From Malacoraja senta (lineage: Eukaryota), in assembly GCA_038087875.1 (NCBI GenBank), contig CM075988.1, forward strand, positions 3,782,001 through 3,846,000: a stretch of DNA of 64,000 bases. The letters run 5' to 3'. Below the pieces are notes generated by a model, which was not told the origin of the DNA, did not search any database, and worked only from the letters and a program-made list of their open reading frames with translations. Position 1 is the first letter of the stretch; each line of letters begins with the position of its first letter. Of this stretch, positions 47,681 through 60,770 are shown piece by piece. The position numbers and the translations under genes are program-made.

Positions 47681-48028
47681 CACGATGGCGCAGCGGTAGA
47701 GTTGCTGCCTTACAGCGAATGCAGCGCCGGAGACCCGGGTTCGATCCTGACTGCGGGTGCTGTCTGTACGGAGTTTGTAAGTTCTCCCCTTGACCTGCGT
47801 GGGTGTTCTCCGAGATCTTCAGTTTCCTCCCACACTCCAAAGACATACAGGTTTGCAGGTTAATTGGCTTGGTAAATGTGGAGAAAAATGTACCCAGTGG
47901 GTGTGGGATAGTGTTAATGTGCGGGGATCGCTGGCCAGCGATCCCCGCACATTAACACTATCCTACACCCACAGCGCGGACCCAGTGGGCCGAAGGGCCT
48001 GTTTCCGCGCTGTATCTCTAAACTAAAA
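47681..48028 (+). mobile_element. V-SINE (HE1-like) with an internal fold-back duplication
   Basis: Intact A/B boxes (TGGCGCAGCGG, GGTTCGATCC); palindrome at 47897-47972. Confidence 0.92.
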
Positions 48029-48359
48029 TACAGCTTGCCAATTTCCAAAATAACTTTTTAGGGCTTCTTTAGTTCCTGATCAAAAAAGCATTATAACCAA
48101 CTCGAGGCACAAAATGCAAATAGTGTTTCTTAATTCTTTATCCTGTACAAGAGCAGTTCTGCTGAAATGCCTCAGTTGAAACCTTGCAACCGAGAAAATC
48201 GTGTTATAAAATCACGTGTCAATGGGGGGGGAAGTGGTTTGGGGCTCGAGACTTTCAAACTTTTAATACCAAAGCTATTTTGGCTGCAGGATTGTCAGAA
48301 ATAAAGGACCTTTAAATAGCTCTGAGTTTATTTTAGTTACTGCAACCTAAAAATACTAA

Positions 48360-48670
48360 AGATAGACACAAATTGCTGCAACAACTCAGCAGGTTAGGCA
48401 GAGCCTCTGGAGGAAAAGGATAGGTGACGTTTCGGGTCGTGACCCTGCATCAGACTGAAAGTAATGGGGAGGGTACGGGAGGTAAAACAAAACGCAGAAC
48501 AGAGCAGGATGGGCAACAGATGATCAAGGAAGGGTGGAGCCCACAATGGCCCATTGTTGGCTGGGGAAGAGGTGATGACGACAGGGATACAAGGATGCGT
48601 ACAGTGGAACTAGCAGGACGACTAGGGTGGGGGTGGGGGAGGGAGGGAATGTAAGGGCTACTTAAAATGA
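48360..48670 (-). mobile_element. Penelope-like 3' fragment split by CR1 (continues at ~51164-51276)
   Basis: Terminal repeat and UTR up to the ORF stop. The GIY-YIG C-terminal remnant resumes after the CR1. Confidence 0.7.
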
Positions 48671-51163
48671 AACATAGAAACATAGAAAATAGGTGCAGGA
48701 GAAGGCCATTCGGCCCTTCGAGCCAGCAGCGACATTCATGTGATCATGGCTGATCGTCCCCAATCAGTAACCTGTGCCTGCCTTCTCCCCACATCCCTTG
48801 ACTCCACTAGCCCCCAGAGCTCTATCTAACTCTCTCTTAAATCCATCCAGTGATTTAGCCTCCACTGCCCTCTGTGGCAGGGAATTCCACAAATTCACAA
48901 CTCTCTGGGTGAAAACGTTTTTTCTCATCTCACTCTTAAATGGCCTCCCCTTTATTCCACTAGTCCCTGGTTCTGGACTCGCCCAACATTGGGGAAAATT
49001 TCCTGCATCTAGCTTGTCCAGTCCTTTTATAATTGTATATGTTTCTATAAGATAACCCCTCATCCTTCTAAACTCCATTGAATACAAACCTAGTCTTTTC
49101 AATCTTTCCTCATATGACAGTCCTGCCATCCCAGGGATCACTCGTGAACCTACGCTGCACTGCCTCAATCACAAGGATGTCCTTCCTCAAATTAGGAGAC
49201 CAAAACTGTAAACAATACTCCAGATATGATCTTACCAGAGCCCTATACAACTGCAGAAGAACCTCTTTACTCCTATACTGAAATCCTCTTGTTATGAAGG
49301 CCAACATTCCACTAGCTTTCTTCACTGCCTGCTGTACCTGCACGCCAACTTTCAGTGACTTGTGTACAAGGACACCCAGGTCTCGCTGCACCTCCCCCTT
49401 ACCTAACCTAACCCCATTGAGATAATAATCTGCCCCCTTGTTTTTGCCGCCAAATTGGATAGCCTCACATTTATCTATATTATACTGCATCTGCTCACTC
49501 ACTCAACCTGTCCAGGTCACCCTGCAACCTCCTAACATCCTCTTCACAGTTCACACTGCCACCCAGCTTTGTGTCATCCGCAAACTTGCTTTTGTTGCTC
49601 CTAATTCCCTCTCCCAAATCTTGAATATATATGGTAAACAGTTGTGGCCCCAACACCGAACCTTGCGGCACTCCACTCGCCACTGCCTGCCATTCTGAAA
49701 AGGACCCGTTCACTCTTTGCTTCCTGTCTGCCAACCAATTTTCTATCCATGTCAACACCCTACCCCCAATACCATGTGCTCTAATTTTAGTCACCAGTCT
49801 CCCGTGCGGGACCTTATCAAAGGCTTTCTGAAAGTCTAGATACACTACATCCACTGGCACCCCTTCATCCATTTTACTTGTCACATCCTCAACAAATTCC
49901 AGAAGATTAGTCAAGCATGATTTCCCTTTCATAAATCCATGTTGACTTGGACTAATCCTTTTACTGCTATCCAAATGCCCCATTATTACCTCTTTAATAA
50001 TTGACTCCAGCATCTTTCCCACCACCGTAGTCAGGCTAACTGCTCTGTAATTCCCCATTTTCTCTCTCGCTCCTTTCTTGAAAAGTGGGATAACATTAGC
50101 TATCCTCCAATCCACAGGAACTGATCCTGAATCTATTGAACATTGGAAAATGATCACCAATGCGTCCAGTATTTCTAGAGCCACCTCCCTGAGGACCCTG
50201 GGATGCAGACCCTCAGGCCCAGGGGATTTATCATCCTTCAGTCCCATTAGCCTACCCAATACTATTTCTCGCCTAATGAAAATGTATTTCAGTTCCTCTA
50301 CCCCCTTAAATCCTCTGTCCTCCAGTACATCTGGGAGATTGTTTGTGTCTTCCTTAGTGAAGACAGATCCAAAGTACCTGATCAACTCTTCTGCCATTTC
50401 CTTGTTCCCCATGATATTTTCACCTATGTCTGCCTTAAAGGGACCCACATTTGACTTTGCTACTCTTTTTCCCTTAACATATCTAAAGAAGCTTTTACTG
50501 TCCTTCTTTATATTCCTGTCCAGCTTCCCCTCGTACTTCATCTTTTCAGCCCTTATTGCCCGTTTTGTTTCCTTCTGTTGTCCTATGAAAGTTTCCTAAT
50601 CCTCTGGCTTCCGACTACTCTTTGCTGTGTTATACATCTTTTCTTTTAGTTTTATTCTATCCCTAACTTCTCTTGTCAGCCACAGTTGCCTCCTACTCCC
50701 CTTAGAATCTTTCTTCCTTTTTGGAATGAAATGATCCTGCGTCTTCCGGATTGTGCCCAGAAATTCCTGCCATTGCTGTCCAACCGTCATTCCTGCTAGG
50801 ATCCCTTTCCAGTCTACCTTGGCCAGCTTCTCCCTCGTGCTTTCATTGTCCCCTTTGTTCAACTACATCACTGACACTTCCGATTTAACCTTCTCCTTCT
50901 CAAATTGCAGATTAAAACCAATCATATTATGATCACTACCTCCAAGCGGTTCCTTTACCTCGAGTTCTCTTATCATATCTGGTTCATTGGACAACACTAA
51001 ATCCAGAATTGCCTTTTCTCTGGTCGGCTCCATTACAAGCAGCTCCAAGAATCCATCTTGGAGGCATTCTACAAACTCTCTTTCTTGGGGTCCTGAACCA
51101 ACTTGATTTTCCCAGTCTACCTGCATATTGAAATCCCCCATCACCACAGTGGCATTACCTTTC
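48671..51163 (-). mobile_element. 5'-truncated CR1 LINE (end of APE + RT)
   Basis: [51 protein letters not shown]. Tail (TTTCTATG)n. Confidence 0.95.
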
Positions 51164-52844
51164 TGAGATAAGTTAATATTCGTACCATTTGGTTGTCAGC
51201 TGCCAAGCAAAAGATGAGGTGCTCCTCCTACAAATTTGCACATGGCCTCATTCTGACAATGGAGGAGGCCCAGACTAAAGACTGTATGTTGCATCGTTTA
51301 ATACCGCATCATTACACAGATGTCAATAGAGGTCACCACATATCAATTTCAATATCGTTCTGCGATAAATTAAGTAGCTGTGTTCTTAAGAGACAGTGGT
51401 GTCTGTGGAAACAGTTTTTTTTATGCCTAGACTGTTTTTCCCCGGGACAGCTTTTTTTTTCTGCTTGCCAATTTCTGAAGTAACTTTTTAACTGGTTCCC
51501 TACTTCCTGATCAAAATCCTGCTATAACCAATTCAGCCCGCGTAATGCAAACGGTATCAGCGATTACATGTTAAACTAGTTCTGTTCTCCACACTAGGGA
51601 TAATTCACAGAGCCCAATTCACCTACAATGCTGAGGCAGACACAAAACGTTGGAGTAACTCAGCGGGTCAGGCAGCATCTCTGGAGCAAAGGAATAGGTG
51701 ACGCTATGGGTCGAGTCCCTTCTTCAGTCGGAGGAACTGAGATAGACACAATCTTGTGTCTATCTTCGGTATAAACCAGCATCTGCAGTTCATTCCTACA
51801 CGTCTAACCTACAAACCCGCACGGTTTGGGATGTGGGAGGAAACCGGAGCCCCTGGATAAAATCCTCACAGTCACAATGAGAACAGACAAACTCCATACA
51901 GACAGCACCCATAGAAAGGTTCAAGCCCAAGTCAGTGGTGCTGTAAGGCAGCAACTCTACCGCTGCGCCACTCTGCCACCTACTGTGTTAAACGTTAAAC
52001 ATGCTATACACAGGCAGATTCTTCTTAATGGAAGATCCCAGCAACTAGCAGTCACTCATGTGGTTGTCCCACAGCGACCTCTCAGAGTCAACATAAAACA
52101 TAGAACAGTACAGCACAAAAACAGGCCCTTCGGCCCACATTGTCTGTGGTGAACATGATGCCAAGACCATCATATTTACATCCCTCCATCCCCTACATGT
52201 CCACATGTCTATCCAAAAGTCTCTTAAATACCGGATTGGCATGTGATAGGTGGATACAGGTGAGGGGGGGAGGGGCGAAGGGGGGGAGGGGGCGGAGGGG
52301 GGGGGGGGCGAAGTGTGGGAGCGATTCATCGATCGGACAAAGGGCAGCAGATATGTAAAAACAAAAAAACCTTAGATATGGGGAAAAGGATAGAAAGGTG
52401 AAGCCAGAGGAAGGAATATAGGCGAAAGGGGAAAGGACGGGGAGGGGAATGGGTGAAATGGGTACACATTCAGGTAGGGTACAGTGATGAGAGGGGGGAA
52501 AGATAGGGGGAGGGTAGTTTGGAGTTTTGTATTCAGATGTCCATACCATTAGGCAACATGGAACATCGTCTATCCATGTTCTCCAGAGATGCTGCCTGAC
52601 CTGCTGAATTACTTCAGCTCTTGGTGTCTCTTTCAGTTCCTTGTATCAACATTTGAACAGGTACATGGATAGTAAAGGTTTACATGGATATGATCCAAAT
52701 GTAAGCAAATGGGACTAGCTTCGATGGGGCATCTTGGTTGGCATGGACGCGTTGGGCCGAAGGGCCTGTTTCCGTGCTGTATCTATCCATGACTAACACT
52801 GTTGCTAATGGGTGATCAGAGAGCCTGTGTCTGTCCAATGACTA

Positions 52845-53720
52845 GTTTAGATTTTAGTTAAGCGGTACAGCGTGGAAACAGGCCCTTCGGCCCACCGAGT
52901 CCGCCCTGACCGGCGATCCCCAAACATTTTTTTTTTTTTTTTTTGAAAATATTTTTTATTGGAGATAAGTACACAACCTATTAACATCATTACAGTCTTA
53001 CATTTTTGAATTGATAATATTGTCAATTATTATTACATTGTCTCCAATACCTTTTGCCTTTTTTTTTTAAACCAGATAGAACTAAAAAGATAGATGAAGT
53101 AAAGAAAGAAAAGAGAGAGAAGGAAAAAAATAAATTAAAAAAAAATAAAAAAAGAGAAAGATAGTTAAAGAAGAGTGGAAAAATGTATTAAAATAAAAAA
53201 CTTAATTAGAGATATATTCGTACATTTCAGAGTATATCATTTCATCCATTCTTTAGCCCGAGTGTTAGTCAGGTTCCTGTGCTGAACCATTCTGACCCTT
53301 TAAATAATCAATAAAGGGAGACCATGTTCCAACGAATAATTCCTGTTTGTCCAACAGGGAAAATCTGATTCTTTCCACGTTTAAGGTCTCCGTCATTTCT
53401 ATAATCCACATTTGATTGTGGGGGTTATAGGGCCTTTCCAAAATTTTAGAATTATTTTTTTTCCTGTTATTACACTATAATCAATAAAGTTTCTTTGTGT
53501 TGTTGTAAATGTTTGATTTAATTCTAATGTTCCGATCCCCAAACATTGACATTACTCTACACAGTTTTACATTTATACCAAGGCAAGTAACCTACAAGCC
53601 TGTACGACTTTGGAGTGTGGGAGGAATTCGGAGATCTCAGAGAAAAACCACGCAGAACGTACAGACTCCGTACAGACAGCACCCGTAGTCAGGATCAAAC
53701 CCGAGTCTCTGGTGCTGTAA
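52845..53720 (-). mobile_element. V-SINE interrupted by an L1 fragment
   Basis: 3' part at 52845-52928; the rest at 53533-53720. Confidence 0.82.
52929..53532 (-). mobile_element. L1-clade LINE 3' fragment with poly(A)
   Basis: Minus strand GKKIILKFWKGPITP...WIIEM...ERIRFSL...TWSPFIDYLK, then AATAAA and poly(A). 15-bp TSD CGATCCCCAAACATT at 52914-52928 and 53533-53547. Confidence 0.9.
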
Positions 53721-54074
53721 GTTCTCGCGCTACCACTAGGCCAACATGCCGCCCACTATGGTGCCTATTGTTCCTCTTCTTAGCCCACATGGTTAACTTT
53801 CAGTAAACATGGCTGCCGACTGATTGTGCCAACCCGAGTCATTGTGCCTGGGCATCTGATGCTGCCAGTTTACCGATAGCTACTCATGCCATCAAGACAG
53901 CGAGATTCATTCAACACTAAATAACAAATGAACTCCACAAGCTCCTGCTCCCCAGCCAGTGCTCTTCAGCGACACCAGAATGTCCACTGAATGACTGGGC
54001 AAATTGGAGCCGGCTTGAAGGAATATCCTTTCTCATGTCTGTTACAGTACTATTGATTTGATGAACATAAAACA

Positions 54075-54395
54075 TCTTTCTACTAGTGGGAGAGTCTAGG
54101 ACCAGAGGTCACACTCAGAATTAAAGGACGTTTCTTTAGGAACGAGTTGAGGAGGAATTTCTTTAGCCAGAGGGTGGTGAATCTGTGGAATTCATTGCCA
54201 CTGAAGAGGCCAAGAAATGGATATTTTTAAGGCAGTGATAGATAGATTCTTGATCAGTACGGGTGTCAGGGGTTATGGGGAGAGGGCAGGAGAATGAGGT
54301 TAGGAGGGAGAGATGGATCAGCCATGGATGAATGGTGGAGTAGACTTGATGGGCTAAATGGCCTATTCTGCTCCAATCACATATGAACATAAAGT
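54075..54395 (+). mobile_element. CR1 3' fragment
   Basis: FLLVGESRTRGH...FFSQRVVNLWNSLP and 3' UTR. Confidence 0.85.
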
Positions 54396-54409
54396 TATGC
54401 ACACGATCC

Positions 54410-54775
54410 TTACCTACAGTTTACGCCTTCCCGGCGAGCCGCGGCTGTGGACTATGAACGCTGCGGGAGGCCTCTATCGAGGTGCCGCGGTCTCGATGCC
54501 TACCGGATTGCCGCGTAGAAGCTGGGTTGGGGCCCGGCTGGGGCTTCACGGGTCGGTCCGGGTTGGCGGAGTGGCCAATGGAGTCTGCGGCTGGGGCCTG
54601 TGTCGGCACCACAGAGGCGTGAAATGGGGCGGCGGCGGTAGGCGAGGCCTCGCAGGTCAACCCACGGTTGCCGGTCGATGAGGAGGAGGGGAAAAACGGG
54701 GAGCTTTGTAACTCTGGCTGCTATTTGTATACATTGTGTATGCAAGCAAAGAATCCCACTGTGCCTAGTTACATG
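54410..54775 (+). mobile_element. GC-rich non-autonomous repeat with a LINE-like 3' end
   Basis: Ends TTTGTAACTCTG...CAAGCAAAGAATCCCACTGTG, like the repeat ending at ~3552. Confidence 0.5.
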
Positions 54776-55247
54776 ACCCTTCTTCAGATTCACTATGGGT
54801 ATTAACAGTGATTTCAGTCTTAGTTAAACTCTAACAACAACTCCCCCCACCCATTGTATGTAAATTGGCTTGGTATAATCATAAATTGCCCCTAATGTGT
54901 GTAGGATAGTGTAAGTGTGTGCGGATCGCTGGTCAGTGTGCACTCAGTGGGCAAAGGCCTGTTTCCGCGCTGTATCTCCAAAGTAAGCTAAACTACAACA
55001 AAGAGTCCCGATGCACTTCACAACTGATGTTTAATTGCTCCTGGCAGCCAACGTGGGCAGAGTGCGGTCCCTCAGTGGTGTGAGTGATCCCACAAGGGCA
55101 TAACAATCAGATGATCTGTCTCTGATCTGGTAATTGGCAAAAGGGCCAGGAGGGAGAGTTGTGGAGAAGCCTTTATGCAGCAGATGTTGTCATCCATAAT
55201 ACATCGCCTGGAAGGAAGAGGCAACAGGTTCCAAAACAGCTTTCACA

Positions 55248-55575
55248 TTTAGTTTAGCTTAGTCTAGTTTAGAGATTGAACATGGAAACAGACGTATCGA
55301 CCCACACAGTCCACACCGACCATCGATCACCCCTTCACACTAGCTGTATGTTATCCCACTTTCCCTACACACTTGGGGCTATTTATAGGGGCCAATTAGC
55401 CCATCAAACACACACGTCTTTGGGATGTGGGAGGCCACCCGACCACCTGGCGGAAACCCACGCGGTTAGAGGGAGATGGTGGAAACTCCACAAAGACAGC
55501 ACCCTAGGTCAGGATCGAACCTGGGTTTCTACTGCTGTGAGGCAGCGGCGATACCAGCTGTGCCACCGTGCAGCC
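55248..55575 (-). mobile_element. V-SINE (HE1-like), diverged
   Basis: Tail, reverse V-domain, GGATCGAACC B box. Confidence 0.83.
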
Positions 55576-55649
55576 CAGAGTGGATAGTTTGATGCAGGCA
55601 AATGCACTAAACGCTCTCTGGGCTCCTGAAATATCCAGACATTAGCCTT

Positions 55650-55865
55650 GTGCAGGAAGGAACTGCAGATGCTGGTTTAGACCAAAGATAGGCACAAAAT
55701 GCTGGAGTAACTCAGCGGATCAGGCAACATCTCTGGAGAGAAGGAACGGGTGACACTTCGGGTTGAGACCCTTCTTCTTTTTCTACCCGCAACGTCATCC
55801 ATTCCTTCTCTCCAGAGATGCTGCTTGTCCCCGCTGAGTTACTCCAGCATTTTGTGTCTATCTTT
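55650..55865. mobile_element. Penelope-derived terminal repeat, inverted pair
   Basis: CACAAAATGCTGGAGTAACTCAGCGG...CCGCTGAGTTACTCCAGCATTTTGTG. Confidence 0.8.
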
Positions 55866-56273
55866 AGTGATTATACTTTGTGGAATACCATGACTCCGGA
55901 GATCAACATTGGAGACAGGCACCCGTTGCTCCAGTAGAGGATTGGAAGACGGTCCATGTTAGAAGCATGTTGGTGTCTGGACTGATGTGACCTTTGGGTG
56001 TAAGTTCAAGTAACGGCGGAAGAATGGGAGGGATAGAAGTGAAGCTCAGGACAGGTGTGATGCCCATCACAGGTGAGGGTGTTGGAGAGCGCACACCTGG
56101 AGGGTGGAGGATGGGAAGGAACAAAGGGACCATTGTGCGTGGAGTGTCCCGGCAAGCAGACATGACATGCTGTCTCAGACCGGGGACTCGCTCACTGGAG
56201 GAGCCGATCGGTGGACCGGCTGTCCCACCACGGACCCTGGTCTCAGCCCCGAGCCATCGGCATCGACGGGGCC

Positions 56274-56473
56274 NNNNNNNNNNNNNNNNNNNNNNNNNNN
56301 NNNNNNNNNNNNNNNNNNNNNNNNNNNNNNNNNNNNNNNNNNNNNNNNNNNNNNNNNNNNNNNNNNNNNNNNNNNNNNNNNNNNNNNNNNNNNNNNNNNN
56401 NNNNNNNNNNNNNNNNNNNNNNNNNNNNNNNNNNNNNNNNNNNNNNNNNNNNNNNNNNNNNNNNNNNNNNNNN
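56274..56473. other. Assembly gap (200 N)
   Basis: Run of n. Confidence 0.99.
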
Positions 56474-56951
56474 GTTGAGATCCTTCTTCAGACAGGAACG
56501 AGGTGCCAGAGGAAGTGGTACAGGACCAAGAATAACTCACGAGGGCCAATGATCTGTGTGACCAACGTTCTAGTCAAGGGGAAGCAAAGAAACATTTGCT
56601 CATCACAAATACCTGTGTCTCACCTTTTCCGTTTCCAATTACAGGAAGGATATGGAGGCTTTGGAGTTGGTGCAGAAGAGGTTCATCAAAATGCTTCCAG
56701 GATCAGGGGACATGAACTACAAGGAGAGGTTGACCAACCTGGATTGTCTTCTCTCAAATGTGGGTGGCTGATGGGAGACGAATGGCCGTTTCCCCAGGGT
56801 GGAAAGGTCACATACCATGGCTAAGGTGAGAGGGAGAAAGTTTCAAGGAGATGCGCAGAGCAAGTCTTTTACACAGTGGTTGCTTGGAACACGCTGCCAG
56901 GATAGTGGTGGAGGCAGATATGATTGTGGGATTTAAAAGGTTTTACATAAG

Positions 56952-58035
56952 CAGAGCTGCCAAGTAGTACGGATTTCCCTATTTTATACGGAAATGCGAT
57001 CAGAATACGGTACGGATTTGCTTTGTAAAATACGGGTTTTTTAAAAATCAGCCTGTTTCTGTTTCATCTTGTTGCTTAAAAAATGCGAGGATATAAAAAG
57101 TCATACTGTACCTCTAAAAATTATAGCAGATTAAATCTATTAGTATTTTAAATTTCAAGATCTGGATGATTCTTTTTGTAAGCCTGTCCCACTCCAGGTT
57201 TAAACAGCGCTGTCAGTTTAACGCGTGGGAATTTGAACGAACAGCGCTATGGGTTTTAAAAATAGCGTTCCCAGCTGGAGTGCTATTGCCTTTACATATA
57301 GCGCTATGGCCACAGTGCTATGGGTTACAGACTATAAGGGGAGGGAGAGAGGGAGGAGGAGGGAGAGAGGGAGAAGGAGTGAGGGAGTGGGAGGGAGGGC
57401 GGGAATAAGAGAGGGAGGGAGAAAAGAAGGTAGGATAGAGGGAGGGAAAGAGGAAGAGGGAGGGAAAGAGGGAGCGGAAGGAAGAGGGAGAGAGGGAGAG
57501 AGGGAGAGAGGGAGGGAGGGAGAGAGGGAGGGAGGGAGAGAGGGAGGGAGGGAGAGGGAGGGAGAGATGGAGGGAGGGAGGGAGGGAGGGAGAGAGGGAA
57601 GGAGAGGGAAGGAGAGAGGGGAAGGGAAGGAGAGAGGGAAGGAGAGAGGAAAGGAGGGAGAGAGCGAAGGAGAGAGGGAAGGAGAGAGGGAAGGAGAGAG
57701 GAAAGGAGGGAGAGAGCGAGGGAGAGAGCGAGGGAGGGAGGCTTCCAAAATGGCTTCTACATCATCATCTGGTGCTAAAAGCAGGAAGCAGCTGTTCAAA
57801 CAACAGTATACAAAGAGATGGCAATGAATGCACTGTCAAGTAAGGTGCGTGGAAGACATGTCAATTGGTAGCAAAGTTATGCATTCTTGTACTCTTACAT
57901 GGGTATGACAGCACATAAAAAATAACACTTTTTTCAGCAAAAATGGCACCGTGTAAAAATACTGATTTCCTCAGCAAAATACTGATTTTCAGGTACTAGA
58001 ATACTGAAATGCTCTGACAAAACTTGGCAGCTCTG
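56952..58035 (+). mobile_element. Non-autonomous DNA transposon, 14-bp TIR, GA-rich interior, transposase-start remnant
   Basis: CAGAGCTGCCAAGT / ACTTGGCAGCTCTG. ATACGG/ATACTG subterminal repeats at both ends. Flanks CATAAG / CAGAAG (5/6). GA tract ~57335-57742. Confidence 0.85.
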
Positions 58036-58296
58036 CAGAAGTATGAGGCCTAATCCATAGGCATATGTGGTCACTATTTTTCATAGTGACCACATTACCT
58101 GAGTATGTAGATCGGACGAGGTGGACAACATTGACAACTTCGCCCCAAGAGGCTGACCCCTGGGACACTGACCTTTTAATATTAATATTTTATTTTATAT
58201 TAATAAATATTAATATTTAATATTTAATATTTTTAAGAACTTGAAATGCAAAAGATGCAAGTTGGCGCCAGGAATGTGGCGACGTTCTGTACACTG

Positions 58297-58585
58297 TTCA
58301 GTTTGGTTTAGTTCAGAGATACAGCGCGAAAACAGGCCCTTTGGCCCACCAAGACCGTGCCAACCAGCGATCCCTGCAAAATAACACCATCCACCACACA
58401 CTTACCAAGCTGATTAAATTACAAACCTGTACGTCTTTGGAGTGTGGGAGGAAACCGAAGATCTCGGAGAAAAACCACGCAGGTCACGGGGAAAACGTAC
58501 AAACTTCGTACAGACAGCACCCGTAGTCAGGATCGAACCCAGGTCTCTGGCGCTGTGAGGCTGCAACTCTACCGCTGCGCCACCT
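58297..58585 (-). mobile_element. V-SINE (HE1-like)
   Basis: Reverse head CTACCGCTGCGCCACC, B box, V-domain, tail. Confidence 0.88.
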
Positions 58586-59374
58586 GTGCTGTCCACACTG
58601 CCTCAGAAGAAGTCTACCATTCTCACAGTATATAATCATTGCAACTCGGTGTTAAGTTCGGTATAGACATTGTGGGCTGAAGCGTCTGCTTCTGTGCTGT
58701 ACTGGTCTATGTTGTCTGTAATACACACAAAAAGCTGGAGTAACTCAGCGGGACAGGCAGCATCTCTAGAGAGAAGGAATGGGTGACATTTCGGGTCGAG
58801 ACCCTTCTTCAGACTACTATGGACATTCAGTCACTCTACACCTCCATCCCCCACCAGGAAGGCCTTATAGCCTTTTGTTTCTTCCTCAAAAACCATTAAG
58901 CTCCTCTATGTTATCTGTGTTCTTTAAATTGTGCTCAAGCTCATGATGAAAACATATGATTTTCACTACAGGGCTGAATTATGGAACAGCAGCTGTGATC
59001 AGAGCATGAAATGTCCACACTTGCCACATTATGAAGAACAGACAGATATGCTTTTCCAGACTCCTCTTCCACATTACATGTTTGCTGCTGCTCTTTGCTC
59101 CATAACCACATCACCTTTGCAGCCAATACATTGCCATCTGTGCATTTGCAAGATGTGCCAAAGATCGAACACATTTCTGCAGCAGCAGAAAGATGACCTG
59201 ACTGCAGTTGATGTTGCCAGGTCTTGTGCATTCACAATCGCTTCCACCTTTACTTGGACCGATTGCGATCAATTTGGTTCTAGATTTCACCCATCATAAA
59301 CTACAGCCGTCTGTGCAAACACACATCTACTTATTTTATGGTCTGTACCCAACACCGGCACAGTGGCGCAACGG

Positions 59375-59650
59375 CATAGTGGGCACAGCTCTAGAGTTGC
59401 TGCCTCACAGCACAAGAGAACCGGGTTCGATCCTGACCACGGATGCTGTACGTTCTTCCTATGGCCGCGTGGGTTTTCTCCGGGTGCTCCGGGCTCCTCC
59501 CACACCCCAAAGACTTGCGGTTTGTAGGCTAATTGGCTTCCGTAAAATAATGATCCCTAGTGTGTAGGACAGTACTAGTGATCGCTGGTCAGCGCGGACT
59601 CGAAGGACTGAAGGGCCAGTTTCCACGCTGTATCACTAAACTAAACTAAA
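59375..59650 (+). mobile_element. V-SINE (HE1-like)
   Basis: GGTTCGATCC, V-domain, (TAAAC)n tail. Confidence 0.86.
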
Positions 59651-59854
59651 AAATAAAACCATTTAATATTTGCATGTTTTCTTCAGTACTTCTGGCAATT
59701 AGTACATGGTCACTGCATTGAGAATAACATCAACCATTTTGTATCTTGTCCAATGTAGTGTGAACGATCTTTGGTAATGGATTCACCTCTAACGGGGTGA
59801 GGTGATGGGCCTTGTGTAGTGATTTAAGAATATGAATAAGGAGTAAGCTATTTA

Positions 59855-60133
59855 GAACGCAGACGAGGAAACGCTTTTTCTCACAGAGAGTGGTGTGTCT
59901 GTGGAATTCTCTGCCTCAGAGGGCGGTGGAGGCCGGTTCTCTGGATTCTTTCAAGAGAGAGCTAGATAGGGCTCTTAAAAATAGCGGAGTCAGGGGATAT
60001 GGGGAGAAGGCAGGAACGGGGTACTGATTGGGGATGATCAGCCATGATCACATTGAATGGCGGTGCTGGCTCGAAGGGCCGAATGGCCTACTCCTGCACC
60101 TATTGTCTATTGTCTATTGTCTATTGTCTATTG
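59855..60133 (+). mobile_element. CR1 3' fragment
   Basis: LWNSLPQRAVEAGSL, 3' UTR and (TCTATTG)n tail. Confidence 0.9.
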
Positions 60134-60304
60134 ATTGTCAATTAGCACTGGCCCTGCATATCCATATTCCGCTAGATTGGTGAAAACTTTGGTCCCTCCA
60201 ACATATCAGTAAATCCCATGAAATCATTGATCACTAACTCCTTCGTTGACAGCACCTGTAACCACCGCACAAGCAGATGTTCTTGTCCACACTGACTGAC
60301 CACT

Positions 60305-60590
60305 TTGGACTTTAGAGATACAGCGCGGAAACAGGTCCACGTTAACCAGTGAGCCTGGTCGCTCTATCCTAGCTCTAGATAGAGCTCTATCCTACACACG
60401 AGGAACAAGTTATAACCGACATACCTGCACGTCTTTGGAGTGTCGGACGAAACCAGAGCATCCGGAGAAAACCCACGTGGTCATAGGGAGAACGTACAAA
60501 CTCCGTACAGACAGCACCCGTAGTCAGGATCGAAACTGGGTCTCTGGCGCTGTGAGGCAGCAACTCTACCGCTGCGCCACCTTGCTGCCC
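60305..60590 (-). mobile_element. V-SINE (HE1-like)
   Basis: Reverse head, B box, V-domain. Confidence 0.86.
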
Positions 60591-60770
60591 TGATGCCTGC
60601 ATGTGGGGAGGTCAGGCTTGTCTTCAATGGAGTTCTGTTCTAGTTGAACTATCCAAGATTTCCTCCACTTGTTGTCACACCGTAAAACTTGTCAGGCAGT
60701 GCATGATCAAAATAGATGCTAATGTGGTGCTGAGAAAGGTTGTTCTGTGAATATGCAGGGATTGGGCTGC

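Noticed and set aside
48030..48160. Similarity to 51460-51560 as a specific duplication
   Set aside because: Diverged and short; more simply two remnants of an old dispersed repeat.
55994..56824. ORFs spanning 56.0-56.8 kb
   Set aside because: Artefacts of reading through the 200-N gap.
57249..57827. 192-aa Glu/Gly/Arg-rich ORF
   Set aside because: GA-rich simple sequence; only the last ~25 codons may be a transposase remnant.
58931..59299. 122-aa Cys/His-containing ORF
   Set aside because: No motif spacing or family I recognise and no splice support.
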